NCBI RefSeq assembly: GCF_003334405.1
Contig: NZ_QOWM01000018.1
Length of the DNA: 64,000 nucleotides
Strand: one strand, 5' to 3'
From: Escherichia coli
Lineage (GTDB): Bacteria > Pseudomonadota > Gammaproteobacteria > Enterobacterales > Enterobacteriaceae
How positions within the stretch are numbered: position 1 is the stretch's first letter; each line of letters starts with the position of its first letter. Shown here piece by piece: positions 9,247-19,165 of the stretch. The notes below the pieces were generated by a model, which worked only from the letters and a program-made list of their open reading frames with translations, was not told the origin of the DNA and did no database searches. A program made the position numbers and the translations under genes.

Positions 9247-12200
9247 ATGCCGTCTGTATCCCGCTACCGCACCTGGCTTGCCGTGCCTGCAGATGAAATA
9301 GAAGATCTCAAAAAAGCACATCCCCCGATGAACGGGCACACGCCCGTCATCTGGGACAAGGAGCACAAACTCTGGTTCGCCCGCCCGGGGGCAGACCTGT
9401 CCAGGCTGGACCGCTGGCTGCCCCGGCCACAGGACGTCTCCATGAACGGCAGTGATCCGGTCACCGAGTTTGCCCAGGTTCTGGAGAATGCCGGACTGGT
9501 TCTGAAAGAACTGCCGGTCATGGACGGGAAAATCCACCGTGTCCCGACCGCCGATGACAAAAAAGGACAAAAAAGTGGCGCATATCGCGGCTTCCTGGAC
9601 GGCAGACCTGCCGGCTGGTACAGGGATTATCGCAGCGCGGATGATTCGCCGATCACCTGGACCTTCTCCGGCGGAGAACAGACAGATCCCCGCGCAAGAC
9701 TCCACCTGAAAGCGCATTCAATGCAACGCAGGGAGGACGCGGAGCGGGAACTGAAAGCACAGTACAACCGACAGGCCGCGTATGCCCGCCGCTATGTCAA
9801 CAAATGGCCGCAGGCCACAGCACATGAATACCTGACCCGGAAAGGCATTCAGGCTGCACCGGGGGTGCGGGTAAACAACAAAAATGAACTGGTTATTCCC
9901 TTCAGTAACCGTAACGGCGCGATACGCTCTTACCAGCGTATTCCGGTCACCGGGGGGAAAGATGCCCGCATCCTGATAGATTCGGAGAAAACCGGTAACT
10001 GGTTTGCGCTGGGCACACCGCGCAACGGTCAGCCGGTACTGTTTGCCGAGGGCTATGCCACTGCGGCCTCCCTGCACGAAGCCACGGGCCTTCCGGTACT
10101 GATGACGGTGGATGGAGGCAACATGATTGCCGTTGCCGAAAATGCCCGGCAAAAGTGGACGCAAAGCCCCTTTATCTTCTGTGCCGACAACGATCATGCA
10201 ATCCGGGTTAACAAAGGTATCGTCAGTGCAACAAAAGCCGCAGAACTGACAGGAGGAACGGTCATCTTTCCTGCGTTCACCGATGCCGAAAAAGCGCAGG
10301 GACTGACCGATTTCAATGACCTGGACGCCAGCCGGGGACGGGCCGCTTTTCAGCATGTCATCAACGCCCAGTTAGAACATATCGGGGTTTCCACCCCCAA
10401 CAGTAACACCCCGGAAATCCGGGAGGCACTGGTGATCGGCAACCTCGTTTTTACACCGGTCCACACTGAGGAAAAAACCATGACTCCGACAGAATATCCT
10501 GAAACATCACCCGATACAGGGCACAGCCATGACCAGGGACCTTCTCTGCCGTCCGCCACGCAGCAGGAACAACCAGCTGCTTCCAGCAGTAACATTGCTG
10601 ATGAAACACAGTCATTTACCAGTCACGCCACTGAAAATAACGGCAAAGATGAGCGGCACGCTGATAACGTTCAGGCGCAAACGGAAAGCTCTGTAGTTCA
10701 GGACTCCCCTGCAGAATCACCGGCGTCCCCGGAAAGTACAACGGCGTCTGCCCCTGATGAACCCGCTCATCCGGCGGAACCTCCGGAAAAAGTTGTCTCG
10801 GTGGCCACAGATAAAGACTGGCGTGAATTTGAAGCCGAACTGTCACAACCGGAAAAAAACGAGTCACAACAGGAATCCGGCACTTCACCTGAAATACCGG
10901 CCCCTGCTGCCGCCCCCGCATCCCCTGAAGACAGTCCCTCATCTGAAACCATGAATGAATCAGCCGAGCCATCACCTTCCCCTGATGCAGTCAAAGAGGA
11001 AATGACCGTGATGACGGAGCCTGATGACAAACAAAGCACCGGAATATCCCCGGATACTCCCCGGGAAGAGGCGGTCAGCCATGTAACTGAAGACATTCCC
11101 CTTCAGCCAGAACCGTTCCTTCCTGAGTCAGATGGCCCTGAAGAATACGAAGACTACAGCGCATATCAGGAGCTGATGAACAATGAAAATCCTGAGCATC
11201 TGCAGGAAAACAGTGATATGCCGTCGCAACCGGACACAGGCCACGTTCAGGCAGATGAGTCAGAACTTCAGACCACAACAGATACTGCAGAACCGGCTGT
11301 CCGGGATGAACCCACTCCGCAGCAACCTGTTCAGAGCACATCACCTTCTGATAATACTTCTTCGTTTCTCGACAAAGCGCGTGGCCTTTTTACGCGTAAA
11401 AAAACGGATTCACAGGCGCATGAGAACAGTGATCCCACGCCCTCACAGGAAACCACGACGACCACACCGACACCTGACAGTATTGTCTACGCCCCGGAAC
11501 GTTCTGATGCACAGATATCGCTCAACATAGACGAAATTCTTAAAGAGCTTGACTGGGAAAAACGAGCAGACAGAACCGTCCTGTACAAACTGGATGGCAA
11601 ACCTGCCTTCATTGACCGGGTAAACCGGCTGGAAATGGTCAACGGTGCCAGCAATGACGATCGCAGCGTTCTGGCCGCACTTGCTGTGGCCACCAAATTT
11701 TATGGGGGCGTCATAGAGCTGACGGGCAGTGATGCCTTTAAGCAAAAAGCAATGCAGTTGATTATCGAGCACAACATCGATGTCCGGATGAAATTGCCAG
11801 ATCAACGGGCTGAACTAGAAAAATTACGCAAGGAAATGGCTGTCAGTAAGGATGCTGTTGTCACCCATCAGCCAACACCGGAACTTAACCGGAATATCCC
11901 TGAACAACCGGCTGTCCCTGACCCCGTTCAGGAAAAAGAAGCCACACAATCCCCGGCGTCCCCTGCTGCCCCTGAAGCATCAACCGTCAGCACCGCTCCT
12001 GCATCATCACCGGCTGAACCAGGCAAAACGGCAGATGCAGCACCAGGTGAAGAACCTCCAGGAAAACTTCGCCCGGGAGAGAGCGTGACTGCCGTACTGC
12101 ACAATTTTGGTCGTGCTGAATATGCACCCGGCAAAGGAGAAAGTTTCTTTGTTGAGCTTAAAAACCGCAGTGGCAGCAAACTCTACTGGGGGGAACAACT

Positions 12201-13014
12201 GGAAAGTCTGGTCAAAAACCATCAGAAAGGTGACGTGGTGACACTGACACTTCAGAACCGCGAACAATTCATCCTCCCGGGAGAGCAAAAAGCACGTTTC
12301 CGGAATAAGTGGTCCATGGAGTCAGTTACCAACGGGATCTCGGTATCACATGATAATCCGGATAAAGGTCAGCGTATTCAGGCGATTCCGGTCGAAACCT
12401 TTATGAAAGTGGCTGCGCAAATCAGCCAGGGATGGCCGGAAGAGATGAAAGCGTTACGTATGCCAGAAAACGTCGGCTCACATCTGTTTATCGGTGAAGA
12501 CCGACATCCGGTCTCCGCGCCACAGAACGCGAATCAGGTAACAGAAATAACCAGTGCAGCCCCTGACAAGCTGACACCTGTTCTGGGATCAGTGGATAAG
12601 GATACGCGTGAACTCAACCTGTTACTTGTCCAGAGTGCCGATGAACATCTGCAGGGTGTGGTCCGGCTGAACGGCACATTGTATCCGGCACTGGCCACCC
12701 CATCGGCCGACAACAGTCAGCTGGTTATCAATGCGCTGACCGACAAAGGTTTACGCTTTGCAGGTTATGGTGAAGCGGTAAACCACGATGCTGACAGCAC
12801 GAATCGCCCCGCACCGGAGCTTATGCAGTTTCATCTGAAAACCCGGGAAGAACCGCTTTTTGCTGCTGTCTACACGCCGGAAAAACAACCTGATGCGTTG
12901 TACCGGAACCTGGGCTTCGAGCAGACATGGCAGCAGTGGTCCAACAGCCAAAAGCCGGAGGACAGGCAGGAAAAAACTCTGCATCAGGATCTCTCCCACA
13001 GCCCCGGCCGATGA
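9247..13014 (+). CDS. sog: Sog DNA primase (large form)
   Basis: 1255 aa, N-terminus MPSVSRYRTWLAV, primase-like N-domain, ~550-aa acidic Pro/Glu/Ser/Thr-rich linker, AGGAG RBS. Confidence 0.8.
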   Translation: MPSVSRYRTWLAVPADEIEDLKKAHPPMNGHTPVIWDKEHKLWFARPGADLSRLDRWLPRPQDVSMNGSDPVTEFAQVLENAGLVLKELPVMDGKIHRVPTADDKKGQKSGAYRGFLDGRPAGWYRDYRSADDSPITWTFSGGEQTDPRARLHLKAHSMQRREDAERELKAQYNRQAAYARRYVNKWPQATAHEYLTRKGIQAAPGVRVNNKNELVIPFSNRNGAIRSYQRIPVTGGKDARILIDSEKTGNWFALGTPRNGQPVLFAEGYATAASLHEATGLPVLMTVDGGNMIAVAENARQKWTQSPFIFCADNDHAIRVNKGIVSATKAAELTGGTVIFPAFTDAEKAQGLTDFNDLDASRGRAAFQHVINAQLEHIGVSTPNSNTPEIREALVIGNLVFTPVHTEEKTMTPTEYPETSPDTGHSHDQGPSLPSATQQEQPAASSSNIADETQSFTSHATENNGKDERHADNVQAQTESSVVQDSPAESPASPESTTASAPDEPAHPAEPPEKVVSVATDKDWREFEAELSQPEKNESQQESGTSPEIPAPAAAPASPEDSPSSETMNESAEPSPSPDAVKEEMTVMTEPDDKQSTGISPDTPREEAVSHVTEDIPLQPEPFLPESDGPEEYEDYSAYQELMNNENPEHLQENSDMPSQPDTGHVQADESELQTTTDTAEPAVRDEPTPQQPVQSTSPSDNTSSFLDKARGLFTRKKTDSQAHENSDPTPSQETTTTTPTPDSIVYAPERSDAQISLNIDEILKELDWEKRADRTVLYKLDGKPAFIDRVNRLEMVNGASNDDRSVLAALAVATKFYGGVIELTGSDAFKQKAMQLIIEHNIDVRMKLPDQRAELEKLRKEMAVSKDAVVTHQPTPELNRNIPEQPAVPDPVQEKEATQSPASPAAPEASTVSTAPASSPAEPGKTADAAPGEEPPGKLRPGESVTAVLHNFGRAEYAPGKGESFFVELKNRSGSKLYWGEQLESLVKNHQKGDVVTLTLQNREQFILPGEQKARFRNKWSMESVTNGISVSHDNPDKGQRIQAIPVETFMKVAAQISQGWPEEMKALRMPENVGSHLFIGEDRHPVSAPQNANQVTEITSAAPDKLTPVLGSVDKDTRELNLLLVQSADEHLQGVVRLNGTLYPALATPSADNSQLVINALTDKGLRFAGYGEAVNHDADSTNRPAPELMQFHLKTREEPLFAAVYTPEKQPDALYRNLGFEQTWQQWSNSQKPEDRQEKTLHQDLSHSPGR

Positions 13015-13031
13015 GCCGGTAAGGAAGCCAT

Positions 13032-13379
13032 ATGAACATGCATAAGTCTCTGGTTGCCGTGCTCGGCCTTATCCTGATTTCATCCACGGCAAGTGCTGCA
13101 ACCTGTCGTGCGGGTAGCGCGGCACAGGCCGGTAGTAATACAGGATATGAGCGAGCACGTGCAGCTGCGGATGCATGGTCACAACGTGAAAACGATGTTT
13201 CCTCATCCCTGCAGTCCTGTCTGTCACGAATCAAAAAAATCAGCATAAACCTCCCCCAGTTCCCCAGCCTTGACGACATTCTGTCGCAGCTGGAAAACCA
13301 GGTCTGCGACGCGGTCGTGGACAAGGTGAATGAAAAGCTGCCGGGGAATATTGATCCCTGGAAGGACTACAACCTATGA
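13032..13379 (+). CDS. traL: conjugal transfer protein, secreted
   Basis: signal peptide; name by position after sog. Confidence 0.55.
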   Translation: MNMHKSLVAVLGLILISSTASAATCRAGSAAQAGSNTGYERARAAADAWSQRENDVSSSLQSCLSRIKKISINLPQFPSLDDILSQLENQVCDAVVDKVNEKLPGNIDPWKDYNL

Positions 13380-14068
13380 CCGAAAATACCGAGCCATCCT
13401 CGCCATCACATCCGGCACCTGACCCGGAAATACTGAAGAGCACAATCAGGGCTATGAAGCAGTCAGAACAGCGGGCAAATAATGTCCCTGCGCTGATAAA
13501 AGCGCTTTTATGTACGGGCACATGTCTTCTTGTCAGTATTACTGGTAACGCCATTCAGTACTGGCACTCAACGAATGTGGAGCGCGAATATTTCGCTACA
13601 GACAATGGTCGTCTGGTCAGGCTGGCACCAACAAGTCAGCCAGCATGGAGTCAGAATGATGCAATGGCCTTTGGCAGCCAGGCACTGGCGACCGCATTCA
13701 ACCTGGATTTTGTGCACTATCGTTCACAGATCTCCTCCCTGTCTCCGCGTTTTTCTGACGAAGGTTTTGTCGGATATGTGAATGCATTACAGGCATCTAA
13801 CATTCTGGAGACGATCAAGAAAGAGAAGATGAATCTGACCGCCACGACAGGTGCTGGCGTTCTGGTACGACAGGGACAAATGTCCGACGGCGTATGGTTC
13901 TGGACATTCCAGTATCCTGTCCGTATGCGTCTGGTCGGCCAGACAACCAGCAAGCCAGAACAGTCTTTTGTTTTCGAAATCACCATCCAGCGTGTTGACC
14001 CCAGACTGAAACCATCCGGTATGGAAATCCGGCAGATGATCTCCCGTAACGCCGGACCGAACTCCTGA
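13376..14068 (+). CDS. traM: conjugal transfer protein
   Basis: 230 aa, overlapping start with traL; name by position. Confidence 0.55.
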   Translation: MTENTEPSSPSHPAPDPEILKSTIRAMKQSEQRANNVPALIKALLCTGTCLLVSITGNAIQYWHSTNVEREYFATDNGRLVRLAPTSQPAWSQNDAMAFGSQALATAFNLDFVHYRSQISSLSPRFSDEGFVGYVNALQASNILETIKKEKMNLTATTGAGVLVRQGQMSDGVWFWTFQYPVRMRLVGQTTSKPEQSFVFEITIQRVDPRLKPSGMEIRQMISRNAGPNS

Positions 14069-14078
14069 GATAAGTAAT

Positions 14079-15062
14079 ATGCAATCACGTTATTTACTGA
14101 GCACACTGCTCCTGGTGTGCAGCGCCGCCACGTCTGCAGATAACGCAGGATGGCAGAACGCACGCACACCACAAACGACAAATTCTGCCAGCGATCACGT
14201 TCAGAACGCCTCCCAAAACACCGGAGGTGTTCCGGCTACACTGGTAAAAGGTGAGCTGCCTGCCCCCGGGCAGGCCAGCCCGCTGGTACAGGATGCGGCA
14301 AGGCTTGATTCTGAGCTCTCCGCCGATGAGATTCGCTCACTACGCAGTCTCATGGCGGATAACGAGCGGGCCATCAATGCGCCCATCACCAGTGTTGTAC
14401 CCCGTATCAGCTCTCTGACAGTTAATCTGTCCCCCGGTGCCAGCCTTCCTCTTGTTCGCACAGCCATGAACAACCTGAGCGTGGTGACATTTACCGATAT
14501 CAACGGTTCACCATGGCCACAATCCGATCCTCCTTATAACGCGGCACCAAAACTCTTTGATGTGCAGTACAACGAGAACATGGTGACAATCACACCATTG
14601 CGGCCATGGGCATCCGGAAACATTTCTGTCTACCTGAAAGGTCTGTCGGTACCGGTCATCCTGAACGTAACCAGTGGCGAAACAGATACGCCGTCATCCA
14701 GTCAGGAAATGGACAGTCGTCTGGATCTGCGAATACCACGGCAGGGACCAACCAGCCCGGTTGTCTCCATCCCGACGGATAAGATCGCCCTGCATGATGC
14801 AACATTACAGGCATTTCTGGATGGTATTCCTCCCCGGGACCCTTCAGTTAAGAGGCTGAAATTCACAGGTAATGTCCCGGATACAACGATCTGGCAACAC
14901 GGCGATGACCTTCTGGTTCGTTCCCGGGCGATATTGCGCGATGAATTTGAACAGACCTTGTCCTCTGCCGACGGAACTCATCTCTGGAAGCTTCCCGTCA
15001 CCCCACTACTGACTTTCTCTGTGAATGGCCAGTCCGTTCACGTGACACCAGAACTGGAGTAA
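14079..15062 (+). CDS. traN: conjugal transfer protein, secreted (DotH-like position)
   Basis: signal peptide MQSRYLLSTLLLVCSAATSA; name by position. Confidence 0.55.
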   Translation: MQSRYLLSTLLLVCSAATSADNAGWQNARTPQTTNSASDHVQNASQNTGGVPATLVKGELPAPGQASPLVQDAARLDSELSADEIRSLRSLMADNERAINAPITSVVPRISSLTVNLSPGASLPLVRTAMNNLSVVTFTDINGSPWPQSDPPYNAAPKLFDVQYNENMVTITPLRPWASGNISVYLKGLSVPVILNVTSGETDTPSSSQEMDSRLDLRIPRQGPTSPVVSIPTDKIALHDATLQAFLDGIPPRDPSVKRLKFTGNVPDTTIWQHGDDLLVRSRAILRDEFEQTLSSADGTHLWKLPVTPLLTFSVNGQSVHVTPELE

Positions 15063-15064
15063 TC

Positions 15065-16354
15065 ATGAGTGCTGAACAGGATGCCGGTAAATCCGGAAAG
15101 AAACTGGCTGCCCTGCTTGGACTGGGCAGCATCATCTTATTTGGCGGCGGCTATATCGCGTTTTCCAAACTATCAGGGAGTAACAGCGATATGCAGTCAG
15201 CCGTGAACATTAACAGTGCAGCAAGCGGCGGAACGCGCAGCGTTACCGAAACGCCTCACTATCGTGAACTGTTAAGAGCGGATAATGAACGAGGGGCCGC
15301 AGCTGCAGCCCGCAATAATCAGACGTTCATTGCCAGTCTTCCACAGGGGCTTGATATTCCGGACACTCCGGAAAAGCAACAACAGCCTGCAGCAAAACCG
15401 GAAAACTATGCTCATCGCCAGGCTTCCGGCACACCCCAGGAGGATCGAGCAGCCAGTGAAAAACGTATGGAGCGGCTGCAAAAGCTGATTGTAAGAATAA
15501 AAGATCAGCATCCTGCCGGTAGTACACCAACCATAGCAACGACTATGTGGAATAAATCTCCGGCAGAAACAACAGGGCAGAATGGTACGCAGCAATTCGC
15601 ATTACAGAATGCCAGCCTGTCCACGCCTGTAGCAGAAAAAGGGATACAACTGATACCTGCTCTGACCCGTATACCGGCATATATTGATACTGCAGTGGAT
15701 TCTGATAACCCGTCATCCAAGGTTATCGCAACCATTCCCGCTGGCCCCTGGGCAGGGGCAACGCTGTTCAGTCCGGGAGTCAAACTGGTGGGTAACGGCG
15801 TGGAGATCCATTTCGACCGGATGAGCTGGAACGGCATGGACCTTAAGGTCAATGCATATGCTCAACGGGAAGACAACCTGATGTCATCCGTGGCCAGCAA
15901 TGTGAATACACGCTGGTTTAAACATATCATTCTACCGTCAGTGTTAGGAGGTGTGGGCAGTATTGGCACACTTTATAAAGATGCCAACACGCAGGTTATT
16001 CAGGGTAACTATGGCACGGTTACCGGACGCGTGGGAATGCCCAGTGGTGAAGCTGTTGCGGGCGTTATTGCCGGTGGTATGGCGGAAAGAGGAAGTCAGA
16101 TATTAACCCGCCAGGCAGAAAGTGAGCCCTATAAACAGGTAGAAGTGTATCAGCATGAAGTCGTATCAATTCTGTTTGTTGACCCGGTAATGACAAACGA
16201 CGCCAGGTCATCTTCCCTTTCCAGTGGCATTTCCCCTTCAGTTAATCGTACATCACAGGCGGAACAACGCTCGCAGGCACGAATGCAGACAGCCATGGAG
16301 CAAAGAAAAGCTGTGATGCAACGTCGGTATGATGAACAACCGGAGACACCATAA
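15065..16354 (+). CDS. traO: conjugal transfer membrane protein (DotG-like position)
   Basis: N-terminal TM helix, 429 aa; name by position. Confidence 0.55.
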   Translation: MSAEQDAGKSGKKLAALLGLGSIILFGGGYIAFSKLSGSNSDMQSAVNINSAASGGTRSVTETPHYRELLRADNERGAAAAARNNQTFIASLPQGLDIPDTPEKQQQPAAKPENYAHRQASGTPQEDRAASEKRMERLQKLIVRIKDQHPAGSTPTIATTMWNKSPAETTGQNGTQQFALQNASLSTPVAEKGIQLIPALTRIPAYIDTAVDSDNPSSKVIATIPAGPWAGATLFSPGVKLVGNGVEIHFDRMSWNGMDLKVNAYAQREDNLMSSVASNVNTRWFKHIILPSVLGGVGSIGTLYKDANTQVIQGNYGTVTGRVGMPSGEAVAGVIAGGMAERGSQILTRQAESEPYKQVEVYQHEVVSILFVDPVMTNDARSSSLSSGISPSVNRTSQAEQRSQARMQTAMEQRKAVMQRRYDEQPETP

Positions 16355-17058
16355 TGAAACCTGAAACAGAAATAGATGAAACCGGCAGCTTCGGTGAACC
16401 CGAAGAGAAACCCGCCCCCTTCTGGAAACGTTCCGTCTGGGGGATATCTGTAGCAACATGGGGGCTATGTGCAGTCGTGTTGCTCGCAGCCATATGGTAT
16501 CTGTTCCTGAGAGCGCCATCGGAAACAGGCATGCCTCCGTTTAATGATGCGGATGCTGGCGTACAGACCTGGCAAACCACACAAGAATCATCACCTTCCG
16601 TTCAGTCCACTGAGACCATGACTGTCCGGACAGGAGAAGATATGAGCCAGCTTGCCCGGGATGTAAAAACAGAGCTGGATAACCGCGATGAAAAAATTCA
16701 GGCAACACTGAATATGCTTCACGACAGCATTAACAAGCTGGGCGAAGCTATAAAAAAGGATGAAGAATACGCACAGGAAACACGCCGTCAGCTGGATGAT
16801 ATCCGGAGCCGCCTGAACGGAATAATGACACAGAAAAGCGTCACTGAATCCTCTTCCACACCGCATCCAGCAAAGAAAAAAACGTCGTCTGTACTTAACG
16901 GAATGAAAATCATGTCGATGGAAACTGGTATGGCCTGGATTCGCTGGCAGGGTAGTACCTGGGCTGTCAGAGAAGGTCAGACGCTGGGCAATGTGGTGAT
17001 CCAGCGGATTGATCCGACTACCCGGACCATCATCACCAGTGCAGGGACGTTACGCTGA
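16354..17058 (+). CDS. traP: conjugal transfer membrane protein
   Basis: single TM helix then charged coiled-coil-like region; name by position. Confidence 0.55.
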   Translation: MKPETEIDETGSFGEPEEKPAPFWKRSVWGISVATWGLCAVVLLAAIWYLFLRAPSETGMPPFNDADAGVQTWQTTQESSPSVQSTETMTVRTGEDMSQLARDVKTELDNRDEKIQATLNMLHDSINKLGEAIKKDEEYAQETRRQLDDIRSRLNGIMTQKSVTESSSTPHPAKKKTSSVLNGMKIMSMETGMAWIRWQGSTWAVREGQTLGNVVIQRIDPTTRTIITSAGTLR

Positions 17059-17585
17059 TGAACATGGATGCCCTGACCGCCATTGAGAACTTTGCCAGCA
17101 GTATTTTCAGTGCCGGAATGGATTTCCTGTTTACCTGGGGAGAATTCATCGGGGTGATCAGCATGATTACCCTGTTTGCCCGCGCCCGTTCAGCCGGTCC
17201 GGTAAAAATGTCTCCCGGAAAATTTATTGCGGGGATGTTAACCAGCTGCATGCTCGTATCACTCCCGGCAATGATTAACGCCGGAGGCGTACAAATGGGA
17301 TTCAGGGCTGACTCATTTGGCCCGATTGCATATGTACAACCTCAGACGTTTGGCGCTGCTGCTGGCGCAGCAAATGCAGTTCTGTCGCTGGCCAAGCTGG
17401 CCGGTGTTGGATTTGTAATGAACGGGATATCCATCTGGCGCAAGGCCGGACTCGATGGACATACCGCACTGAGTGCCAGTGAATCCGTCAGTAAGGGAAA
17501 CGTCAAATTTATTGCCGGCGTCCTGCTGGTCTTTATCGATCGTGTCCTCAATGCCCTGCTGGCAAGCATTGGAATCGTCTTCTGA
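17058..17585 (+). CDS. traQ: conjugal transfer polytopic membrane protein
   Basis: 175 aa, several hydrophobic helices; name by position. Confidence 0.55.
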   Translation: MNMDALTAIENFASSIFSAGMDFLFTWGEFIGVISMITLFARARSAGPVKMSPGKFIAGMLTSCMLVSLPAMINAGGVQMGFRADSFGPIAYVQPQTFGAAAGAANAVLSLAKLAGVGFVMNGISIWRKAGLDGHTALSASESVSKGNVKFIAGVLLVFIDRVLNALLASIGIVF

Positions 17586-17635
17586 TTTTTTTCACCTTCA
17601 TATAAACCACTGATATATCCATTTAAGGAGAAACT

Positions 17636-18040
17636 ATGTCACGTATTCGTGTCGTAGCGGCCCGTCTGTACGCCGCATTTATCCACGCACAACTGTTTGT
17701 AATGTCATGCCGGAGCAAACTGACTAAGTTCCTGCTGCTCATTCCCATGATGTTGCTGCCCAAAGCCGTTCTTGCCGATGGAGATCTTGCCGATATGGTT
17801 CGCAATGTCGAACAAGGTGCCAAAACAGCACAGTCATCATCACTGACTATTGCGCAGTTCATCGGCGTAATTCTGTTTCTCGGGGGCCTGATTGGCCTGA
17901 AAAAAGTTGGGAAACAAGGGGGGATGGGACTGGCTAGTTGCATTGTATCTATCGTCATTGGGGCGGTACTTGTCGCCGGACCTGAAATGATGAGTCGCAG
18001 CCAGAAACAGTTGGGGATTTCCTCAATTTCCATTGGCTAA
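17636..18040 (+). CDS. traR: conjugal transfer membrane protein
   Basis: 134 aa, hydrophobic; name by position. Confidence 0.55.
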   Translation: MSRIRVVAARLYAAFIHAQLFVMSCRSKLTKFLLLIPMMLLPKAVLADGDLADMVRNVEQGAKTAQSSSLTIAQFIGVILFLGGLIGLKKVGKQGGMGLASCIVSIVIGAVLVAGPEMMSRSQKQLGISSISIG

Positions 18041-18103
18041 TCTTGTCCAGGGCACTGGCATTTATCCGGTGCCCTTCCTATTCGGCAATACAAGGAGGCA
18101 CAT

Positions 18104-18292
18104 ATGTCTGCCTGGAGCCCGGAGCACATAACGTTACGACGAACAGAAAACGGCAATGTGATTGCCCACGACAGTCGGGACAATCAGGAATTCATTTTTG
18201 CAGAATGCTGTTCCGATGAAATCGCAAACATCATTCTGGAAGCCGTGAAACGTTACACCAGTACGGAGCCTGCTCATGCAACACAGCATTAA
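18104..18292 (+). CDS. traS: small conjugal transfer protein
   Basis: 62 aa, strong RBS AAGGAGG; name by position. Confidence 0.45.
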   Translation: MSAWSPEHITLRRTENGNVIAHDSRDNQEFIFAECCSDEIANIILEAVKRYTSTEPAHATQH

Positions 18293-19076
18293 AGACTTGT
18301 GGTTGTATCCCTTTCCAGAAATTGATGTGGTTCATACACAGGAGCCACTGTTACCGGAACCGGAATTAACAACGCCCGGTCGATGTATCTGCTGCCGGCA
18401 AAACGTCAGGCACCGTTTCAGACTGGATGACTCATGGCCACTCAGACAGCTTACCGACACAATCAGTGACACACGAGTTCGTCTTAATAAGGCCACAGAA
18501 CATCTGGATAAGTTAAAAAAGCGTGGTGAACCAGTCGCAACCGGCGAAAAGGAAAAGTACAACACGGCAGTAAAAGCCGCTGAACGGGCGCTTGAGCAGG
18601 CCCGTCTGTCTGCCAGACGTCTTTCACTCCGCCATGTACAGAAAGCTGAAATCACCAGTACAGAGCCGTTGTCAGAGAAAGAGCAGGAACTGTTTCATGA
18701 AGACGGCCCGCCTTACAGCTTATGTGCTTTCTGCCACGCCTGGCATTCACTGAATGGTTATGCCGCAGCACAGGGCGTTATGGTATGGCTACCCGACCTT
18801 CATCCATCCACGGTCGTGGCCCTTAACCGTCGTTCATTACAGGAAGTTTTCAGTAATGATAAGTTCCGGGTCCGGCGGGGACGAGAAGCGCTCTCTGCAC
18901 TGATGCAAAACAGACTGGCGGTTGAGGATAAATTCCGCAGTTTCCGCCCGGCCGATTTCGCTGACGTTTTTCGTCGCTATCCACCTTCCGGTCGTTCGCC
19001 CCTGCGTGAAAAAATGAACGGGATTGCCCTGATTCTGACACCAGATTCATTCATCAAAAAAGAATTCGTTGATTGA
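18276..19076 (+). CDS. traT: conjugal transfer protein
   Basis: 266 aa, Cys-rich; name by position. Confidence 0.55.
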   Translation: MQHSIKDLWLYPFPEIDVVHTQEPLLPEPELTTPGRCICCRQNVRHRFRLDDSWPLRQLTDTISDTRVRLNKATEHLDKLKKRGEPVATGEKEKYNTAVKAAERALEQARLSARRLSLRHVQKAEITSTEPLSEKEQELFHEDGPPYSLCAFCHAWHSLNGYAAAQGVMVWLPDLHPSTVVALNRRSLQEVFSNDKFRVRRGREALSALMQNRLAVEDKFRSFRPADFADVFRRYPPSGRSPLREKMNGIALILTPDSFIKKEFVD

Positions 19077-19165
19077 TTTTTCTTCATGCCACTCCAGCGC
19101 GGGGTGGCATTAAAAAAATCAAACTGCACAAACCTCCCTCCTGTAAGTCCGGAGTTCCCTCACCT

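Noticed and set aside
9232-12288. Antisense and out-of-frame ORFs across sog (e.g. 9232-9717, 9718-10356, 10616-10975, 11443-11805)
   Set aside because: All lie within the sog coding frame, which has recognisable domains and a proper RBS; they arise from GC-rich, low-complexity coding sequence
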